From the human T2T-CHM13v2.0 reference genome, Homo sapiens, in NCBI GenBank assembly GCA_009914755.4, contig CP068257.2, positions 2,496,001 through 2,560,000 of the forward strand: a stretch of DNA of 64,000 nt, given 5' to 3'. A model generated the notes under the pieces. It made no database searches and was not told the DNA's origin. It worked only from the letters and a program-made list of their open reading frames with translations. Position numbers and translations under genes: made by a program. Each line of letters opens with the position of its first letter. The stretch's first letter is position 1. Of the stretch, positions 1-13,600 are shown piece after piece.

Positions 1-3000
1 ACACTGCTGTTGAGTTCTGAGTGTTTGTCCCTCATGTATGATTCCAGAACACTGCTGTGTGGGTCTAAATGTTTGTCCCTCACATACGATTTCAGAACAC
101 TGCTACGAGGGTCTGAATGTTTCTCCCACACAGAGGACTCCAAAACACTACTGTAGTGTTCTGAATGTATTTTCCTCACATAGGATTCAAGGACAATGCT
201 AACAGGGTCTGAATGTTTGTTCCACACGTAGGACTCCAGAACACCCCTGCTGTGGTCTCAATGATTGTCCCTCACATAGGTTTCTGGAACACTGCTGCTG
301 GTTCTGAGTGTTTCTCCCTCACGTGGGATTCCAGAACACTGCTACAAGGGTTTGAATTATTCTCCTTCACATAGGATTCCAGAACAATACTGCTGATGTC
401 TGAACGTTTGTCCCTCACTTAGGATTCCAGAACACTGCTGTTGGCTTCTGAGTGTCCCTCACTTACGATTCCAGAACACTGCTACATGGGTCTAAAAGTT
501 TGTCCCTTACATAGTATTCCAGAACACTGCTACAAGGGCATGAATGTTTGTCCCGCACATTGGACTCCAGAGCACCCCTGCTGTGTTCTGAATGTATTTT
601 CCTCACACAGGATTGCAGAACAATGCTACGAGGGTCCAAATATTTGTCCCACACATAGGATTCCAGAACACCTTAGCTGTGGTCTGAATGATTGTCCCTC
701 ACATAGGATTCCAGAACACTGCTTCTGGGTTCTGAGTGTTTCTCCCTCAAATAGGATTCCAGAACACTGCTACGAATGTCTGAATGATTGTACCTCACAT
801 AGGATTCCAGAACACTCCTGCTGTGTTGTGAATGTTTATCTCTCAGATAGGATTCCAGAACACTACTGCTTGGTTCTGAGTGTTTGTCACTCACATAAGA
901 TTCCAGAACACTGCTCCTGTCTTCTGAATGTCTGTTCATCACACAGGATTTCAGAACACTCCTGCTGTGGTCTCAATGGTTGAACCTCATATAGGATTCC
1001 AGTACAATCCTGCTTTGGTCTGGGTGTTTGTACCTCACATGGGATTCTAGAACAAACCTGCTGTTGTCTGAATGTTTCTCCCTCACATAGGTTTCCAAAA
1101 CATTCCTGCTGTGGTCTGAGTGTTTCTCCCTAAAATAGGATTCCGGAACACTGCTACTGGGGTGTGAATGATTGTCCCTCACATAGGATTCCAGAACACT
1201 GCTAAGAGCGTCTGAATTATTCTCCCGAACTTAAGATTCTAGAACACTCCTGCTGTGGTCTGAATGTTTGTCCCTATCTTATTATTCCAGAACACTGTTT
1301 TTGGGTTCTGAGTGTTTGTCCCACACACACGATTCCAGAACACTGCTACGTGGCTCTAAATGTTTGTCCGTCACATAGAATTCAAGAACACTACTACGAG
1401 GGTCTGAATGTACCGCACATAGGACTCCAGAACAATCCTGCTGTTTTCTGAACGTATTTTCCTCACATAGGATTCCACAACAATGCTACGAGGGTCTGAA
1501 TGTTTGTCCCACATGTAGGATTCCAGAACACCCCTGCTGAGGTCTCAATGATTGTCCCTCACATACAGTGCCAGAACACTGCTACTGGGTTCTGAGTGTT
1601 TCTCCCTCACACAGGATTCCAGAACACTACTACGAGAGTCTGAATGATTGTACCTCACACAGGATTCCAGAACCCTCCTGCTGTGCTCTGAATGTTTGCC
1701 CCTCTGATAGGATTCCAGACACTGCTGCTAGATTCTGAGTGTTTGTCCCTCACATAGTATTCCAGAACATTGCTGCTGTTGTCTGAATGTTCGTTAATCA
1801 CATAGGATTCCAGAACACTCCTGCTGTGATCTGAATGTTTGTGCTTCATATAGAATTCCAGAACACTGCTGCGGGGTGCTGAGTGTTTGTCCCTCACATA
1901 GGATTCCAGAACACTGCTACTGGGGTCTGGATGTTTGTCCCTCACATAGGATTCCAGAATACTGCTATGAGGGTCTTAATTATTGTCCCTCAGGTAGGAT
2001 TCCAGAACATTCCTGCTGTGGTCAGAATGTTTGTCCCTTACTTAGGATTCCAGAACACTGCTGTTGGGTCCTGAGAGTTTGTCCCTCATGTAGGATTCCA
2101 GAACAATGCTACTGGGGTCTGAATGTTTGTCCCGCACATAGGATTCCAGAACACTGCTGCAAGGGTCTGAATTATTCTCCCTAACATAGGATTCCAGAAC
2201 GCTGTTCGAGAATCTGAATGATTGTACCTCACAGAGGATTCCAGAACTCTCCAGCTCTGTTTTGAATGTTGGTTCCTCAGATAGGATTCCAGAACACTGC
2301 TGCTGTGTTCTTAGTTGTTGTCCCTCACATAGGATTCTAGAACACTGCTGCTGTGGTCTGAATGTTTGTTCCTCAGGTAAGATTGCAGAACACTCCCACT
2401 CTGTTCTGAATGTGTGTACCTCATATAGGATTCCCAAACACTACTGTTGTTTTCTGAATGGTTGACCCTCACGTAGCATTCCAGAACACCCCTGCTGTGG
2501 TCTAGGTGTTTGCGCCTCACATGGGATTCCAGAACAATCCTGCTGTGGTCTGAATATTTCTCCCTCACATATGATTCCAAAACATTCCTTCTCTAGTGTG
2601 AATGTTTGTCCCTCAAAAAGTATTCCAGAACACTGCCACTCGGGTGTGAATATTTGTTCCTCACATAGGATTCCAGTACACTGCTATGAGGGTCTTAATT
2701 ATTCTCCCTCACATAGGATTCCAGAACACTCCTACTGTGGTCTCAATGTTTGTCCTTCACTTAGGATTCCAGAACACTGCTGTTGAGTTCTGTCTGTTTG
2801 TCCCTCACGTATGACTCCAGAACACTGAGACGTGGGTCTAAATTTTTATCCCTCACATAGGATTTCAGAACACTGCTACAAGGGTCTGAATGTTTGTCCT
2901 GCACGTAGGACTCCAGAACACTCCTGCTGTGTTCTGAATGTATTTTCCTCACATAGGATTCCAGTACAATGCTACAAGGGTCTGAAAGTTTGTCCCACAC

Positions 3001-4618
3001 GTAGGATTCCAGAACACCCCAGCTGTGGTCTGAATAATGTCCCTCACATAAGACTCCGTAACACTGCTGCTGGGTTCTGAGCATCTCCCCCTCACATAGG
3101 GTTTCAGAACACTCGCTGTGATCTGAATGTTTATCTCCCACTTAGGATTCCAGATCACTGCTGTTGCGTTCTGAGTGTTTCTCCCTCACGTATGATTCCA
3201 GAACACTTCTACGTGGGACTAAATGTTTTTCCTTCACGTAGGATTCCAGAAGACTGCTACGAGGGTCTAAATGTTTGTCACGCACATAGGACTCCAGAAC
3301 ACTCCTGCTGTGCTTTGAATGTATTTTCCTTACATAGGATTCCAGAACAATGCTACTAGGGTCTGAATGTTTGTCCCATACTTAATATTCCAGAACACCC
3401 TGCTGTGGTCTGAATGATTGTCCCTCACATAGGATTCCGGAACTCTGCTGCTGGGTTCTGAGTGTTTCTACCTCGCATAGGATTCCACAACACTGCTACT
3501 GGGGTCTGAATGCTTGTCTCTCACATAGGATTCCAGAACACTGCTACGAGGGTCTGAATTACTCTCCCTCACATAAGATTCCAGAACACTGCTGCTAGTT
3601 TCTGAGTGTTTCTCCCTCACTTAAAATTCCAGAACACTGCTACGAGGGTCTGAATGATTGTACCTCACATAGGATTCCAGAAAACTCCTGCCCTGCTGTG
3701 AATGTTTTTCCCTCAGATAGGATTCCAGAAGACTGCTGTGGGCTTCTGAGTGTTTGTCCCTCACATAGGGTTCCAGAACACTGCTGCTGTGGTCTGAATG
3801 TTTGCTCCTCACATAGGATTCCAGATCACTCTTGCTGTGGTCTTAAGGTTTGTCCCTCATACAGGAATCCAGAACACTACTGCTGTGGTCGGAATGGTTG
3901 TCCCTAATATAGGATTCCCGAACACTCCTGCTGTGGTCTAGGTGTTTGCACCTCACATGGGATTCCAGAACAATCCTGCTGTGGTCTGAATGTTTCTTAC
4001 ATAGCATTAAAACCTTCCTGCTGTTTTCTGAGTGTTTCTCCTTCAAATAGGATTCCAGAACACTGGTACTGGTGTCTGAATGTTTGTCCCTCACATAGGA
4101 TTCCAGAACTCTGCTATGAGGTTCTGAATTTTTCTCCCTCACCTAGGATTCCAGAACACAGTTGTTGGGTTTTGAGTATTTGTCCCTCACGTACAATTCC
4201 ATAACACTGCAGCATGTGTCTAAATGCTTGTCCCTAACATAGGATTCCAGAACACTGCTAACATGGTCTGAATGTTTGTCCCACACATAGGACTCCATAT
4301 CACTCCTGCTGTGTTCTGAATGCATTGTCCTCACATAGGATTCCAGAACAATGCTACGAGGGTCTGAATGCTTGTCTTGCATGTAGAATTGCAGGAAACC
4401 CCAGCTGTGGTCTGAATGATTATCCATCACATAGGATTCCAGAACATTGCTGCTGGGTTCTGAGTGTTTCTCCCTCAGATAGGATTCCACAATCCTCCTG
4501 CTGTGGTCTGAATGTTTGTCCCTCACTGAGGATTCCAGAACACTGCTGTTGGGTTCTAAGAGTTTGTCCCTCTTGTATGAATCCAGAAAAATGCTACGTG
4601 GGTCTACATGTTTGTCCT
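1..4618 (+). repeat. 48-bp tandem satellite array, orientation A (unit approx. agaacactgctgctgtggtctgaatgtttgtccctcacataggattcc). Extends beyond the window start.
   Basis: Directly visible 48-bp periodicity, e.g. tccctcacat aggattccag aacactgctg ctgggttctg agtgtttc = 48 nt. About 96 consecutive units with 10-25% inter-unit divergence. The ORF track shows periodic 16-aa peptides (RIPEHCYEGLNVCPSH...) on + and (VLESYVRDKHSD...) on -. Confidence 0.92.
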
Positions 4619-7600
4619 TCCCTATATGAGGAACAAACATTCAGACCACAGCAGCACTGTTCTGGAATCCTATTTGAGGGACAATCATTCAGATCACATC
4701 TGGCATGTTCTGGAATCCTGCGTGTGGGACAAACATTCAGACCCTCTTAGCATTGTTCTGGAATCCCATGTGAGGAAAATACATTCAGAAAACAGCAGGA
4801 GTTTTCTGGAATCCTACGTGAGGGAAAAACACTCAGAATGCAACAACAGTGTTCTGGAATCCTAAGTGATGGACAAACATTCAGACCACAGCAGGAGTTT
4901 TCTAGAATCCTATGTGAGGAAGAATAATTCAGACCATCGTAGCAGTGTTCTCGAATCCTTTGTGAGGGACAAACATTCAGACCCCAGTAGCAATGTTCTG
5001 TAATCCTATGTGAGGGGGAAATACTCAGAGCCCTGCAGCAGTGTTCCAGAATCCTATGTGAGGGACAATCATTCAGACCACAGGGGGATTGTTCTGGAAT
5101 CCCATGTGAGGCACAAACACCCAGAACCCAGCAAGAGTGTTCTGGAATCCTATGTGAGGGTCAACCATCAGACCACAGCGGTAATGTTCTATAATCCTAT
5201 ATGAGGGAGAAACATTCAGACCACAGCAGGAGTGTTCTGGAATACTATGTGAGGAACAAACATTCGGGCCACAGCAGGAGTGATCTGGAATCTTATGTGA
5301 GGGACAAACACTCAGAACCCAGTAGCAGTGTTCTGGAATGCTATCTGAGGGACAAACATTCAGATGAGAGCAAGAGTTCTCTGGAATTCCATGTGAGGTA
5401 CAATCATTCAGAGCCTTGTAGCAGTGTTCTCGAATCGTATGTGAGGGAGAAACTCTCAGAACCCTCCAGCAGTATACTGGAATCCCATGTGAAGGACAAT
5501 CATTCATCCCCTCATAGCCGTGTTCTGGAATCCTATGTGAGGAAAAACCTTTAGATCCACATAGCAGTGTTCTGGAATCGTACGTGAGGGACAAAAACTC
5601 AGAACCCAACAGCAGTGTTCTAGAATCCTAAGTGAGGGACAAACATTCAAACCAGAACAGGAATGTTCTGGAATCCTATGTGAGGGAGAAACACTCAGAA
5701 CCCAGAATCAGTGTTCTGTAATCCTATTTGAGTGGCAATCATTCAGACCACAGCTGTGGTGTTCTGGAATCCTAAGTGTGGGAAAAGCATTCAGACACTA
5801 GTAGCACAATTCTGGAATCTTATGTGAGGAAAATACATTCAGAACACAGCAGGGGCGTTCTGGATTCCTATGTGCAGGACAGAAATTCAGACACTCATAG
5901 CACTGTTCTGGAATCGTACGTGAGGGACAAACACTCAAAAAAATAAAACAGCAGTGTTCTGTAATCCTAAGTGAGGGACAAACAATCAGACCACAGAAGG
6001 AGTTTTCTGGAATCCAATGTGAGGGAGAGTAATTCAGACCCTCGTAGCAGTGTTCTGGAACCCTATGTGAAAGACAAACATTCAGACTCCAGTAGAAGTG
6101 TTCTGGAATTTTATGTGGGGAACAATCTTTCAGACCACAGCTGGGTTGTTCTGGAATCCTACGTGTAGGACAAATATTCAGAGCCTCGAAGCATTGTTGT
6201 GGAATCCTATGTGAGGAAAATACATTCAGGACTCAGCAGGAGTGTTCTGGAGTCCTATGTGCCGGACAAAAATTCAGACCCTCGTAGCAGTGTTCTGGAA
6301 TCCTATGTGATGGAAAAATATTTAGACCCACATAGCAGTGTTCTGGAATCCTATGTGATTGATAAACACTCAGAAACCAGTAACAGTGCTCTGGAATCCT
6401 ACTTGACGGACAAACACTGAGACCACAGCAGAAAAGTTTTGGAATCCTATGTGAGGGAGAAACATTCAGACTACAGCAAGATTCTTCTGGAATCCCATGT
6501 AAGGCAAAAACACCCAGACCAAAGCAGGGATGTTCTGGAATTCTATGTGAGGGTCAACCATTCAGACAACTGCAGCAGCGTTCTGGAATCCAATATGAGG
6601 GACAAACATTCAGTCCAGAGCAGGATTTTTCTGGAGTCCTGTGTGAGGAACAAACCTTCAGACACAGCAGCAGTGTTCTAGAATCCTATGTCAGGGAAAA
6701 ACACTCAGAACACAGCAGCAGTGTTCTAGAATCCTAACTGAGGGACAAAGATTCAAACCAGAGCAGGAGTGTTCTGGCATCCTTTGTGAGGTGCAATCAT
6801 TCAGATCCATGTAGCAGTGTTGTGGTATCCTATGTGAGGGAGAAACACACAAAAACCAGCAGCAATGTTCTGGAATCCTATGTGAGGGACAATCATTCAT
6901 ACCACAGCTTTGCTCTTCTGGAATCCTACTTGCGGGACAAACATTCAGACCCACGTAGCTGTGTTCTGGAATCCTATGTGAAGGACAAACATTTAGACCC
7001 AGGTAACATTGTTCTGGAAGCATATGTGAGGGACAAACACTCAGAACACAACAGCAGTGTTCTGGAATCCTAAGTGAGGGACAAACATTCAGACCACAGC
7101 AGGAGTTTTCTGGAATCCTATGTGAGGGAGAATAATTGAGACACTCGTAGCACTATTCTGGAACACTATGTGAGGGACAAACATACAGATCCCGGTAGCA
7201 GTGTTCTGGAATCTTATGTGAGGGAGAAACACTCAGAACCCAGCAGCAGTGTTCTGGAATCCTATGTGAGGGACAATCATTCAGACCACAGCTGGAGTGT
7301 TCTGGAATCCTGCTTGTGGGACAAACATTCAAACCCTCGTAGCATTGTTCTGGAATCCCATGTGAGGAAAATACATTCAGAGCACTTCAGGAGTGTTCTG
7401 GAATCCTATGAGTGGGACAAACATTCAGACCCTCGTAACAGTGTTCTGGGATGCTATGTGAGGGCCAAACATTTAGACCCACGTAGCAGTGTTCTGTAAT
7501 CTTACCTGAGGGACGAACACTCAGAACCCAACAGCAGAGTTCTGGAAACTTAAGTGACGGACAAACATTCAGACCACAGCAGGGGTGTTCTGGAATCCTC

Positions 7601-10600
7601 TGTGAGGTAGAATAATTGAGACTCTCGTGACAGTGTTCTTGTATCCAATGTGAGGGATAAAAACTCAGAACTCAGTACCATTATTCTGGAATTCCATTTG
7701 AGGGAACAACACTCAGACCAGAGCAGGAATGTTTGGAATCCTATATGAGGGAGAAACATTCAGACCACAGTAGGATTGTTCTTGAATCCTTTGTGATGCA
7801 CATACAGCCAAACCACAGCAGGAGTGTTCTGGAATCCTATGTGAGGTCAACCATTCAGACCACAGCAGTAGTGATCTGGAGTCCTATATGAGGGACAAAC
7901 ATTCAGACCACAGCAGGAATGTTCTCGAATCCTATGTGAGGAAGAAACATTCAGCCCACAGCAGCAGTGTTCTGGAATCCTATTTGAATGAAAAACATTC
8001 AGACCAGAGCAGGAGTGGTCTGGAATCCTATGTGAGGTACAATCATTCAGACCCTCGTAGCAGTGTTCTGGAGACCTATGGGAGAGAGAAACATTCAGAA
8101 CCAGCAGAACTTTTCTGGAGTCTTTTGTGAGGGACAATCATTCAGACCTAAAGCTAGGGTGTTCTGACATCCTATGTGTGGGACAAACATTCAGACCCTC
8201 GTAGCATTGTTCTGGAATCCTATGACAGGAAAATACATTCGGAACACAGCAGGAGTGTTCTGGAGTCCTATGTAAGGGACAAACATTCAGACTTTCGTAG
8301 AAGTGCTCTGGAATCCTATGTGAAGGGGCAAACATTTAGACCAATGTTGCAGTCTTCTGGAATCGTACGTAAGGGACAAACACTGAGAAACCAACAGCAG
8401 TGTTCTGGAATCTGAATTGAGGGACAAACATTCAGACCACAGTAGGAGTGTTCTGGAATCCTTTGTGAGGGAGAATAATTCAGACCCTCGTAGCAGTGTT
8501 GTGGAATCCTATGTGAGGAACAAACTTTCAGACCCCAGTAGCAGTGTTCTGGAATCCAATTTGAAGGAAAAACCATCAGACCATGGCAGGAATGTTTTGG
8601 AATCCTATGTGAAGGGGAAACATTCAGACCACAGTAGGATGGTTCTGGAATCCCATGTGAGGCACAAACACCCAGACCACAGCAGGAGTGTTCTGGAGTC
8701 TTATGTGATGGTCAACCATTCACATGACAGCTGGGGTGTTCTGGAACCCTATTGTGGGACAAACATTCCTACCCTCGTAGGATTGTACTGCAATGCTATG
8801 TGTGGAAAATTCATTCAGAATACAGAAGGAGTTTTCCGCAGTCCAATGTGTGGGACAAACATTCAGATCCTCGTAGCATTGTTCTGGAATCCTATGTGAA
8901 GGAAAAACATTTAGACACACGTAGCGGTGTTCTGGAATCATACGTGAGGGACAAACACTCAGAACCCAACAGCAGGGTTCTGGAATCCTAAGTGAGAGAG
9001 AAATATTCAGACCACATCAGGAGTGTTTGGAATCTTATGTGAGGGAGAATAATTCAGACCCTCATAGCAGTATTCTGTAATCCTATATGAGGGACAAACA
9101 TTCAGACCCCAGTAGCAGTGTCTGGAATCCTGTTTGAGGGACAAACACTCAGACCACTGCAGGAATGTTTTTGGAATCCTATGTGAGGGAGAAACATTCA
9201 GACGACAGCAAGATTGTTCTGGATTCCTATGTGAGGGTCAACCATTCAGACCACAGCTGTAGTGTTCTGAAATCCTATATGTGGGACAAACATTCAGACC
9301 ACAGCAGGATTGTTCTGGAATCCTATGTGAGGGATAAACATTCAGACTGCAGCAGCATTGTTCTGGAATCCTATATGAGGGACAAACACTCAGAACCCAA
9401 AAGCAGTGTTCTGGAATCGTATCTCAGGGACAACATTCAGACCACAGCAGGAGTGTTCTGCAATCCTATGTGAGGTACAATAATTGAGAACCTCATAGCC
9501 ATGTTCTGGAATCCCATATGAGGACAAACCTTCAGAACCATTTAGCAGTTTTCTGGAATCGTAGGTGTGAGACAAACACTCAAAAACCAACTGCAGTGTT
9601 CTGGAATCCTAACTGAGGGTCAAACATTCAGACCAGAATAGGAGATTTCTGGAATCATATATGAGGGAGAAACACTCAGAACCCAGCAGCGGAGTTCTGG
9701 AATCCCATGTGAGGGACAATCATTGAGACCACAGCTGTGGTGTTCTGGTATCCTAAGTGTGGGACAAAATTTCAGACCCTCGTAGCCTTGCTCTGGAATC
9801 CTATGTGAGGAAAATACATTCAGAACACAGCAGAAGAGTTCTGGAGTCCCTTGTGGGGGACAAAAATTCAGGCCCTCGTAGCAGTGCTCTGGAATTCTAA
9901 GTGAGGACAAACATTTAGACCCACATAGCAGTGTTATTGAATTGTACGTGAGGGACAAACACTCAAAAAAAAAAGGAGTGTTCTGTAATCCTAAGTTGGT
10001 GAAAAACAATCAGACCACAGCAGGAGTGTTCTGGAATCCAATGTGAGGGTGAATAATTCAGACCCTCTTAGCAGTGTTCTGGAATCCTATGAGAGGGACA
10101 AATCAGACCCCAGTAGAAGTGTTGTGGAATCCTATGTGAGGGAAAAACATTCAGACCACAGCTCGGGTTTTCTGGAATCCTACTTCAGGGGCAAACATTC
10201 AGACCATCGTACCATTGTTGTGGAGTCCTAGGTGAGGAAAATGCATTCAGGAAACAGCATGAGTGTTCTGGAGTCCTATGTGCGGGACAAAAATTCAGCC
10301 CCTTGTAGCACTGTTCTGGAATCCTACGTGAGGGGGAAACATTTAGACCCAAGTGGCAGTGTTCTGGGATGCTATACGGTGGAGAAACACTTAGAACACA
10401 GTAGCAGTGTTCCAGAATACTATTTGAGGGACAAACATTCAGACCACAGCAGGAAAGTTTTGGAATCCTATGTGGGGGAGAAACATTCAGACCACAGCAG
10501 GATTGTTCTGGAATCCCATGTGAGGCAAAAACACCCAGAACGCAGGAGGGTTGTTCTGGAATCCTATGTGAGGGTCAACCATTCAGAACACAGCAGTAGT

Positions 10601-13600
10601 GTCCTGGAATACTATATGAGAGACAAACATTCAGTTCACAGCAGGAGTGTTCTGGAATCCTATGTGAGGAACAAAGATTCTGACCACAGCAGCAGTGTTC
10701 TGGAATCCCATCTGAGGGATAAACATTTAGATCAGAGCAGGAGTGTTCTGGAATCTTATGTGAGGAACAATCATTCAGATCCTCGTAGCAGTGCTGTGGT
10801 ATCCTATGTGAGAGAGAAAAACACAGAAATCAGCAGCAGTCTTCTGGAATCCTATGTAAGGGAGAATCATTCAGGTCACAGCTTTGGTTTTCTGGAATCC
10901 TACGTGTGAGACAAACATTTAGACCCTTGTAGCATTGTTCTGGAATCCGATGTGAGTAAATACATTCAGAACACAGCAGGAGTGTTCTGGAGTCCAATGT
11001 GCGGGACAAACATTCAGACCCACGTATAAGTGCTGCGGAATCCTCTGTAAGGGACAAACATTTAGACCCACGTAGCAGTGTTCTTGAAGCATAAGTGAGG
11101 GACAAACACTCAGAACCCAACAGCAGTGTTCTGGAATCCTAAGTGAGGGACAAACATTCAGACCACAGCGGGAGTGTTCTGGAATCCTAAATGAGGCAGA
11201 ATAATTGAGACCCTCGTAGCAGTATTCTGGAACACTATGTAGGGATAAATATTCAGACCCCAATAGCAGTGTTCTGGAATCCTATATGAGGAAGAAACAC
11301 TCAGAACCCAACAGCAGTGTTCTGGAATCCTATGTGAGAGACAACCATTCAGACCACAGCTGAGGTGTTCTGGAATCCCATGTGAGGGATAAACATTAAG
11401 ACCCTCGTAGCATTGTTCTGGAATCTCGTGAGGAAAATACATTCAGAACACTGCAGGAGTGTTCTGGAATCCTATCAGCAGGACAAACATTCAGACCCTC
11501 GTAGCAGTGTTCTGGAATCCTATGTGAGGGCCAAACATTTAGACCCATATACCAGTGTTCTGCAATCGTACCTGAGGGACAAACACTCAGAATCCAACAG
11601 CAGAGTTCTGGAAACCTAAGTGAGGGACAAACATTCAGACCACAGCAGGGGTGTTCTGGAATCCTCTGCGAGGTAGAATAATTGAGACCCTCGTGGCAGT
11701 GTTCTTGAATCCAATGTGAGGGACAAAACTCAGAACTCAGTACCATTATTCTGGAATTCCATTTGAGGGACCAACGCTCAGACCAGAGCAGGAATGTTTG
11801 GAATCCTATGTGAAGGAGAAACATTCAGACAACAGCAGGATTGTTTTCGAATCCCATGTGAGGCAAAAACACCCAAAACACAGGAGGGGTGTTCTGGAAT
11901 GCTATGTGAGGGTCAACCATTCAGAACACAGCAGTAGTGTCCTGGAATACTATATGAGAGACAAACATTCAGCTCACAGTAGGAGTGTTCTGGAATCCTA
12001 TGTGAGGAACAAAGATTCTGACCACAGCAGCAGTGTTCTGGAATCCTATTTAAGGAACAAACACTCAGACCACAGCAGGAATGTTTTGCAATCCTATGTG
12101 AGAGAGAAATATTCAGACCACAGCAAGATTTTTCTGGAATCCGATGTAAGACACAAACACCGTGACAAAAGCAGGAGTGTTCTGGAATCCAATTTGAGGG
12201 TCAACCATACAGACCACAGCAGTAGTGTTCTGGAATCCTATGTGAGGGACAAACATTCAGACCACAGCAGCAGGGTTCTGGAATCCTATGTGAGGGACTA
12301 ACTCTCAGAACCCAGCAGCAGTGTTCTCGAATCCTACCTGAGGGACAAATATTCAGACAACAGCAGGAGTGTTCTGGAATCCTATGTGATGTACAATCAT
12401 TCAGATCCTCATAGCATTGTTCTGGAATCCTATGTGAGGTAGAAACACTGAGAACCCAATAGCAGTGTTCTGGAATCCTATGTGATGGACAATCATTAGG
12501 ACCACAGCTAGGGTGTTCTGGAATCCTGCCTGTGGTACAAACATTCAGAACCTCGTAGCATTTTTCTAGAAGCCTAATTGAGGACAATACATTGAGAATA
12601 CTGCAAGAGTGTTCTGGAGTCCTATGTGCGGGAAAACATTCAGACCCTCATAGCAGTGTACAGGAATCCTATGTGAAGGACAATCATTCAGACCACAGCT
12701 GGGGTGTTCTGGAATCCAACGTGTGGGAATAAAATTCAGAACCTTGTAGCATTTTTCTGGAATCCTATGTGAGGAAAATACTTCCGGAGCCCACCGGAGT
12801 GTTCTGGTGTCCTTTGTGCGGGACAAACAGTCAGACCCTTGTAGCAGTGTTCTGGAATCCTATGTGGGGGACAAATAATTAGACCCACGTAGCAGTGTTC
12901 TGGAATCCTATGTGAGGAGCAAACATTTGTACCACAGCAGGGGTGTTCTGGAATCCTATGTGAGGGACAAACATTCAGATGACAGAAGGAGTGTTCTGAA
13001 ATCCTATGTGAGGAACAACATTTAGACCACAGTAGGAGTGTTCTGGAATCCTATGTGAGGAACAACATTTAGACCACAGTAGGAGTGTTCTAGAATCCTA
13101 TGTGTGGGACAAACATTCAGAACCTCGTAGCAGTGTTCTGTAATCCTAGGTGAGGAATAAACATTTAGACCCATGTAGCAGTGTTCTGGAATCGTATGTG
13201 AGGGACAAACACTCAGAACCCCACAGTAGTGTTCTGGAATCCTAAGTGAGGGACAAACATTCAGTCCACAGCGGGAGTTCTCTGGAATCCTATGTGAGGG
13301 ATAAACATTCAGACGACAGCAGGAGTGTTCTGCAATCCTATGTGAAGAACATATATTTAGAAAACAGCGTTAGTGTTCTGGAATCCTGTGTGCAGGACAA
13401 ATATTCAGAGCCTTGTATCAGTGTTTGGAATCCTTTGTGACGGAGAAACCATTAGAGCCACGTAGCAGTGTTCTGGAACTGTAAGAGAGGGAAAAACAAT
13501 CAGAACCCCACAACAGTGTTCTGGAATCCTAAGTTAGGGACATTCAGTCCACAGCAGGAGTGTTCTGGAATCCTATGTGAGGGACAAACATTCAGACGGC

